NCBI GenBank assembly: GCA_963845065.1
Contig: CAWJQQ010000009.1
Location: forward strand, 128,001-192,000
Length of the DNA stretch: 64,000 nucleotides
Reading direction: 5' to 3'
Source: Nitrospirota bacterium
GTDB taxonomy: Bacteria > Nitrospirota > UBA9217
Shown: positions 59,101 through 64,000 of the stretch, one piece after another
Position numbering within the stretch: the first letter of the stretch is position 1
Layout: each line of letters begins with the position of its first letter
Notes under the pieces: model-generated
Seen by the model: only the letters and a program-made list of their open reading frames with translations
What the model was told of the DNA's origin: nothing
Database searches by the model: none
Position numbers and translations under genes: made by a program

Positions 59101-62100
59101 ATTGGCATAGAGAACGGAGCCAGCAAGACGTCCGTAGAGCTGGGCATCGGCTTCCGTGGCATTAATCTGGCGCAGAAGCACCTGGCTGTGGGTCCAGGCG
59201 AGATCAAAAACGCGGTCAGCAAGCCGCCGGTCTTGATACTTCTCGACAAGGCTCATACTGATGTCCCGGGTTTCGCCAATACCGGTGACGATGTTGATTG
59301 TTGCCGATGTCTCCGGCTCAAGGGTTATCCGATACCGGATAGCGACGATTGGATCGAGCACTGAGCCTTGGCTTCCCGAGAGTGCACCCGACCTGACCAT
59401 TGCTTGTGGATCGGCAACGGTCCTCCCTCTGCCGATGAACTGCAGGCGATCGGTCTCATAGGAAACTTCGTTGATGCCCGCCCCGTGGACTGCCATCAGA
59501 TGGAACATCCACGGCTCGTGCTCGTCCTGGGAGCGGGGGCGGCGGGTGCAGAGGATCGCCTGCCTTTGATCGATGATCTCCGTCTGAACAAAAAGATTGC
59601 TGAACGCCGGATGCAGCGCATCTCCCGCAGGCGACGCAAGGACAACCTCTGCGTAACTCGTGACCTCGATCTCTCTCTGTGCCCGGGTGCGGTTGGTGAT
59701 CGTGATCCTGCGCAGCTCGATATCATCCTCGGGAGAAACTGCGATCTCAGTATGTGTGTCAAAGTCGTGGTCCCTGCGGCGAAACTCAGCGCGGCCTTCC
59801 GAGAAAATCGCCTCATAATTCTTCGAGCGTTTGAGTGCAGGCTGATGTGCTGTTGACCAGAACTCCCCGCTCCCTGCGTCGCGGATGTAACAGAACGTTC
59901 CCCAATCATCGCGGGTTATGTCTTCTTGCCAGCGCGTGACCGCTATGTCCTTCCAGTGGCTGTACCCGCCTCCGGCGTTCGTGATCATCACGTGGTATCT
60001 GCCGTTGGACAGCAACTGCACCTGGGGAGACAACGTGTCAGGGCTGCTGAAAACGCGCACTGACGCCTCCATGCCTGGGGGAGCCGCATAGGAGTCGGAA
60101 CGATCGGCAATCTGTGAATAGAATGCCGTAGCCCTCGGCACCCGCTCCTGGAGCAGCAGCAAGGTTGCCTGGAACAAGGGATCCGACTCGAATCGTTTCT
60201 GCATCTGACGGTCCAAGAGCAGATGGGCAAGGGAGAGAAAGCTCATTCCCACATGATGCGCCATGAAGGACCGGACCACGACGCTCGATTGGCCGCGCTG
60301 CAAACGGGAAAGTGTGTGATCGACTGCTTCATAGAACCCGAATTTTCCTTCAACTCCTTCCGCAGCGAGCCGCTGCAGATTCAGGCAGGCCTCCTCGGGC
60401 GCCACCATCAGTGCAAGCGCCGAAGCGTATGGCGCGACGACCAGATCGTCCGCGAGCCCCCGTTTGAGGCCCAGGCCGGGTACGCCGAAGGCGCGGTATT
60501 GATAGTTGTGATGAGCGTCGATCGTGTTGTAGCCGGATTCTGATATGCCCCAGGCTACGCCGCGCTCCCTCCCATACTCGATCTGCCTGGCCACTGCCGC
60601 CTTGCAGGTCTCGTCGAGCAGCGTATGCTCATACGTCGGCATCACCAGCAGCGGCATAAGGTATTCGAACATCGAACCGCTCCATGAAACAAGGATCGGC
60701 TCTCCACCGACATTCGTGAGCAGGCGACCCAGGGCAAACCAGCTCTCCTGCGGCAATTGTCCCTGAGCAATCCCTACGAAATTGCAGAGTCTCGCTTCCG
60801 AAGCCAGCAAATCGTAGTAACCCGTATCCCGCCTGCGGCCATCCACGTTGTACCCGATGGCCAGCAAGTGACTCGATCTGTCGAACAGGAAATCATACTC
60901 CATGCGGCTCAGTTCGTCGCACTGCAATACAAGCCGTTCGATAGCCAAGATCCTCTCTGTGGCATTATCGCTCCCTCGTTTTGACAGATCACGCAATGTC
61001 GGGATCTCATCTATCCTGTGATCGGACGACGGGGCGACATGCGTCAATTCGTCAAGCGCGGCCCGGCTTTGCGCGGCAAAAGCGCGCGCCCACCATCCTG
61101 CCTGATTTTCCGGAAGGATATTGGAATTATCGATCTTGGTAAGAACTTCATCCGCGGACGTTATCAGCTCATCAAGGCAGAGCCGTGCTGCAGTGAGCGT
61201 GGCTGGCGGGAAATTGTATGCTGACTCCAAGTCCTTCCGTAGTTGGGCAAGGACCGTTGGTTCTTCAATTTCACTGGCATCCACGAGGATATTAAGAGTG
61301 TCGGAGAGCCCGTTGAACAATCTCGCATGAACAATCTTTTGATCGGGCAGTGCCAAGAGACCCTGCCGGAGCGTGAGCAGATGGCCAGCAAGGTTCCCAC
61401 TGTCCACCGTAGATACATACTTGGGCTGCAGCGGCTTCAGCGACCGAGTATCGTACCAGTTGTAGAAGTGGCCCCGGTATCGTGCCAGGGTTTGCATCGT
61501 AGAGAGTGCATTCGTCGTGCGGTCGATGAATTGCCCCGTTGAAATATAGCCGAAGTCAAGGGCGGACAAATTGGCCAGCAGCGCGAGCCCCATGTTCGTG
61601 GGCGACGTGCGATGCGCGAGAACGGGGACAGGATTCTCCTGATAGTTATCAGGCGGCAGCCAATGGTCCTCCGGGCCGACGAAGGTCTCGAAGAAGGCCC
61701 AGGTTTTTCGGGAAAGCATTTGGAGAAAAACGGTTTGGTTAGCTGTCAATCGTGCCTCATGCGGGGCAAGCGGCCGGCTGATCCACCACGCGATAAGGGG
61801 TGAAACAAACCAGAGCACGAGGAGAAGCCCCGCCGCTCCCAATGCAGCAGGATTCGATAAGGCCAGATAGATCACCATGAGGACGCTCAGAAAGGGGGCA
61901 AACCACATGGTCCGGCAAACCGAAGCGAAGCCTGTGCGATTTTTTCGATTCGGGTCGCTCGAAGGACTCCATTCTAGAAGCCGCTCGTGCGTAACCAGTA
62001 CTCTCCAGACCGTACGCGAAATCGCATCCAAACTAAAAAATGCCTCGTAGGGAAGGCACGCAAGCGTAAACGCATCCTGAGCAAAGTTCCTCACCATGGA

Positions 62101-63999
62101 GTTCCCTAAAGAAGCGAGATGCTGCACGGTAAGGACATCGTCCGGTTTCCGAAGCAACTCCAGGAGAGCGGAAATCAAAGAAGGTATCAGGATAATCGCG
62201 ATCATTGACGCGGTCCAGAACCAGGGTGAAGACAAGATCGCCCAAGCGAGCAATAAAAGGAGCGTCACTGCCGAAGGTACAAGACTGCGCCGAAGGTTGT
62301 CGAAGAGTTTCCATCGGGACAGCAGCGAGAGGGGGTTTTTTTGGTGTTGCCCGGCAATGCCGGGACCAGGGATGACCTGCCGCACCCAAGGCAGAAGCTG
62401 CCAGTCCCCGCGGATCCACCGGTGTCGGCGGCTCACGTCCGCATTGTAGCGGGAAGGATATTCCTCGTACACCATGACGTCACTCAACAGTCCGGCCCGG
62501 GCGTAACATCCTTCGATAAGATCGTGGCTAAGGATCCGGTTCTCGGGGAAACGTTTGTCCAGCGCCCGCTCGAAAGTTTCGACTTCGTAGATTCCCTTCC
62601 CGATAAAGGAACCTTCATGAAAGAGGTCCTGGTAGACATCCGAGACCGCACGCGTATAAGGGTCGATGCCCGGATTGCTCCCGTACATGCGCGCATACCG
62701 AGACCGGTTTGTGCCCGGCAAGCTCACGGCAACCCGTGGCTGAAGGATGCCGTACCCCGCCACAACGCGTTGTTTGTCTTCATCATAAAGCGCACGGTTC
62801 AGAGGATGCGCCATGGCTCCCACAAGCTGTTGTGCCGAATCTCGCGGCAGTTGGGTATCTGTGTCAAGGGTAATCACATACTTTACGTTCAACAACGCCG
62901 CGATATTGCCGACGACAAGGGAGAAACGGTCCCCTACGATGCCGCCGCCGCGCAGAAGGGAATTCAATGCTGCAATTTTCCCCCGCTTACGTTCGTAACC
63001 CATCCAGACGCCCTCCACGGGATTCCATCGGCGCGGACGGTGAAAAAGGAAAAACCTATCGCTGTTATCATTTCCGTACTTTTCATTCAGTTCTTCGATT
63101 CTCTGTTGGGTGAGCAACAGAAGTGGTTCGTCGTCCGGTAGTATTTCCTCTGCCGCGTCCTGAAAATCTGTCAGCAGTCCGAAGTACAGGTTATTGTCAC
63201 GATTTGCCAGGAACCTGACTTCCAGCGCCTCGATCAAGTCCTCGATCCCTGCGGCGCTGATGAGCATGGTCGGGACGATGACTAGAGTTCGCGATTCAGG
63301 CGGAATACCTTTGGAGAAGTCCATTCTCGGTAGCGAATGCGGCGCTACGAGCAAGGTAGCAAACCAGTTCACCACGGCAATTGCCAGATGGCTCGCACAG
63401 AGCAAAGAAAGGATACCCGCTACCAGGAGGAGCCAGGATTCCAGGCCATCAGCATTCGCCTTCGCGACCAAGCCACTGGAAAAAATCGTCGTGATCAGGA
63501 TGATCGTGCCCAGATAGAGGAATAAAGGGAACCGGCTACTCGCCTTTCGAAGGGACTTGGCAACAGATAACCGGACCCCTGCAAGGTGTTCAAGCTGTGC
63601 CAATCCCTTGTCGATCAGGTAGTAGCCTACATGGGCAGTGCGATCGCCTTTGTCTTGAGGTGCGTCTTCATGTGCCGCGCTTTCGCGCGCAAGCCGGATT
63701 GCTTTGACTGCCACCTCCCTTTCCGACAGCCGGCCGCTCCGAGCAATCTTCTCCACCACGTGACGGTAACGGTCACGAGTAGAAAAATCCATTTTGCCGT
63801 AGGTGCCGTGAGTGTCTCCACGCAAGGTCTGCTCGACTACGCTCATCGTCTCGACGAACTCGCGCCAGTCCATCACGCCCAGGAAACGGAGGCTGCCGAT
63901 GCTGTTGCTCATCGTAACCTGATCAGCCGCTTGCTGCTGGTTCTCCGACTGAACCATCTGTTCGATGGTCATGCTGCATTCAGAGAGGTGCTGCTCGAT
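56197..63999 (-). CDS. Cyclic beta-1,2-glucan synthase/phosphorylase (Cgs/NdvB-like, GT84 plus GH94); 5' end outside window
   Basis: WMGYERKRGK, ITLDTDT, SHDLIEG, RRHRWIRGDWQ, SWSGSMFEYLMP, WGISES, YQSGGAFGFRDQLQD, GDWNDGMN, ENGGQYTH, WYTGSAGW; frame open to the window edge. Confidence 0.93.
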   Translation of the reverse strand: MEQHLSECSMTIEQMVQSENQQQAADQVTMSNSIGSLRFLGVMDWREFVETMSVVEQTLRGDTHGTYGKMDFSTRDRYRHVVEKIARSGRLSEREVAVKAIRLARESAAHEDAPQDKGDRTAHVGYYLIDKGLAQLEHLAGVRLSVAKSLRKASSRFPLFLYLGTIILITTIFSSGLVAKANADGLESWLLLVAGILSLLCASHLAIAVVNWFATLLVAPHSLPRMDFSKGIPPESRTLVIVPTMLISAAGIEDLIEALEVRFLANRDNNLYFGLLTDFQDAAEEILPDDEPLLLLTQQRIEELNEKYGNDNSDRFFLFHRPRRWNPVEGVWMGYERKRGKIAALNSLLRGGGIVGDRFSLVVGNIAALLNVKYVITLDTDTQLPRDSAQQLVGAMAHPLNRALYDEDKQRVVAGYGILQPRVAVSLPGTNRSRYARMYGSNPGIDPYTRAVSDVYQDLFHEGSFIGKGIYEVETFERALDKRFPENRILSHDLIEGCYARAGLLSDVMVYEEYPSRYNADVSRRHRWIRGDWQLLPWVRQVIPGPGIAGQHQKNPLSLLSRWKLFDNLRRSLVPSAVTLLLLLAWAILSSPWFWTASMIAIILIPSLISALLELLRKPDDVLTVQHLASLGNSMVRNFAQDAFTLACLPYEAFFSLDAISRTVWRVLVTHERLLEWSPSSDPNRKNRTGFASVCRTMWFAPFLSVLMVIYLALSNPAALGAAGLLLVLWFVSPLIAWWISRPLAPHEARLTANQTVFLQMLSRKTWAFFETFVGPEDHWLPPDNYQENPVPVLAHRTSPTNMGLALLANLSALDFGYISTGQFIDRTTNALSTMQTLARYRGHFYNWYDTRSLKPLQPKYVSTVDSGNLAGHLLTLRQGLLALPDQKIVHARLFNGLSDTLNILVDASEIEEPTVLAQLRKDLESAYNFPPATLTAARLCLDELITSADEVLTKIDNSNILPENQAGWWARAFAAQSRAALDELTHVAPSSDHRIDEIPTLRDLSKRGSDNATERILAIERLVLQCDELSRMEYDFLFDRSSHLLAIGYNVDGRRRDTGYYDLLASEARLCNFVGIAQGQLPQESWFALGRLLTNVGGEPILVSWSGSMFEYLMPLLVMPTYEHTLLDETCKAAVARQIEYGRERGVAWGISESGYNTIDAHHNYQYRAFGVPGLGLKRGLADDLVVAPYASALALMVAPEEACLNLQRLAAEGVEGKFGFYEAVDHTLSRLQRGQSSVVVRSFMAHHVGMSFLSLAHLLLDRQMQKRFESDPLFQATLLLLQERVPRATAFYSQIADRSDSYAAPPGMEASVRVFSSPDTLSPQVQLLSNGRYHVMITNAGGGYSHWKDIAVTRWQEDITRDDWGTFCYIRDAGSGEFWSTAHQPALKRSKNYEAIFSEGRAEFRRRDHDFDTHTEIAVSPEDDIELRRITITNRTRAQREIEVTSYAEVVLASPAGDALHPAFSNLFVQTEIIDQRQAILCTRRPRSQDEHEPWMFHLMAVHGAGINEVSYETDRLQFIGRGRTVADPQAMVRSGALSGSQGSVLDPIVAIRYRITLEPETSATINIVTGIGETRDISMSLVEKYQDRRLADRVFDLAWTHSQVLLRQINATEADAQLYGRLAGSVLYANSSLRVDPGVILRNHRGQSGLWGYSISGDLPIVLLRIEDPANIDLVRQLVQAHAYWRLKGLAVDLVIWNEDHAGYRQLLQEQIMGLIAAGVEANVVERPGGIFVRPVDQISNEDRILLQTVARAVITDSLGSLEDQVSRRALAKALAPRLIPKRIHKLETGAAAVMARNDLLFFNGLGGFTPDGREYIITTAAEQKTPAPWVNVLANPHFGTIISESGAAYTWSENAHEFRLTPWNNDPISDSGGETFYLRDEESGHFWSPLPLPDCGIMHYVTRHGFGYSVFEHMEDGISSEVWVYVAMDASIKFTAMKVKNSSGRPRRLSAFGYVEWVLGDLRPKTSMQVITEIDPKTGAIFARNPYNSEFVDRTAFFDAGEATRTVTGDRTEFLGRNGVLRRPAAITRTRLSGRVGAALDPCAAIQVPFDLTDGQEREIIYRLGAGRNSDDAGNLVRRFRGSVAARGALEKVWEYWNHTLGAVQVETPDLSVNMLANGWLVYQTLACRLWARSGYYQSGGAFGFRDQLQDVMALILSEPRLVREHLLLCAAHQFKEGDVQHWWHPPTGRGVRTRCSDDFLWLPLAVCRYVLLTGDTGVLDETVRFIEGRPINPDEDSYYDLPHASEETASLYDHCVRAILRGLTRGEHGLPLIGSGDWNDGMNLVGIQGRGESVWLGFFLYEVLVRFSDIALLHGDPSFAERSRKEAEQLRGNIEKHGWDGEWYMRAFFDDGSPLGSADNPECRVDSIAQSWSVLSGAGDMGRSRTAMESVDKLLVRREHNLIQLLDPPFDKSNLNPGYIKGYVPGVRENGGQYTHAAIWTAMAFAALGDSRRAWDLLAMINPINHAKSAEEIAVYKGEPYVAAADVYAVPPHVGRGGWTWYTGSAGWMYRLIVESLLGLRLETDSLRFEPCLPKEWDSFMVHYRYRETIYHITVLQLRDNSMASVIVDGALQSRNEISFVDDRQEHKVEVRIPI

Positions 64000-64000
64000 C

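Noticed and set aside
1..64000. rRNA or tRNA genes (including selC)
   Set aside because: No cloverleaf or rRNA-like sequence recognised by eye; a tRNAscan/Infernal run would be needed to exclude them.

Overview
Bacterial genomic window. The gene content and mixed GC suggest an anaerobe of Nitrospirota/Desulfobacterota type, but this is an impression only. Layout: (1) 1-9.9 kb, minus strand: signalling cluster with two CheB-CheR fusion proteins, a single-domain receiver and a PAS hybrid kinase. (2) 10.4-31 kb, plus strand: cNMP-binding protein + AI-2E transporter, TolC/MFP/RND efflux operon, LTA-synthase-like sulfatase, two secreted FGE-fold proteins, two unannotated UGA-containing (probably selenoprotein) reading frames with SECIS-like hairpins, a CusR/CusS-like two-component system and a MacAB-type ABC system. 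(3) 31-54 kb: patchwork of small, mostly minus-strand accessory genes with at least four integron attC-type sites, a BrnT/CopG toxin-antitoxin pair, an IS110 remnant with a long structured right end, and a tyrosine-recombinase + IS91-like HUH element with cassette-like ends. (4) 54-64 kb: TPR protein, small lipoprotein, DksA/TraR and a cyclic beta-1,2-glucan synthase that runs off the window. The most unusual signals are a dispersed, diverged repeat family (at least 8 copies) that starts at the GTT crossover of attC sites and separates gene modules, the cassette-like Int+Y2 element inserted into one copy, the Sec-encoding pair, and a bridge-RNA-like fold whose loop matches the IS110 junction. 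All alignments and folds were done by eye.
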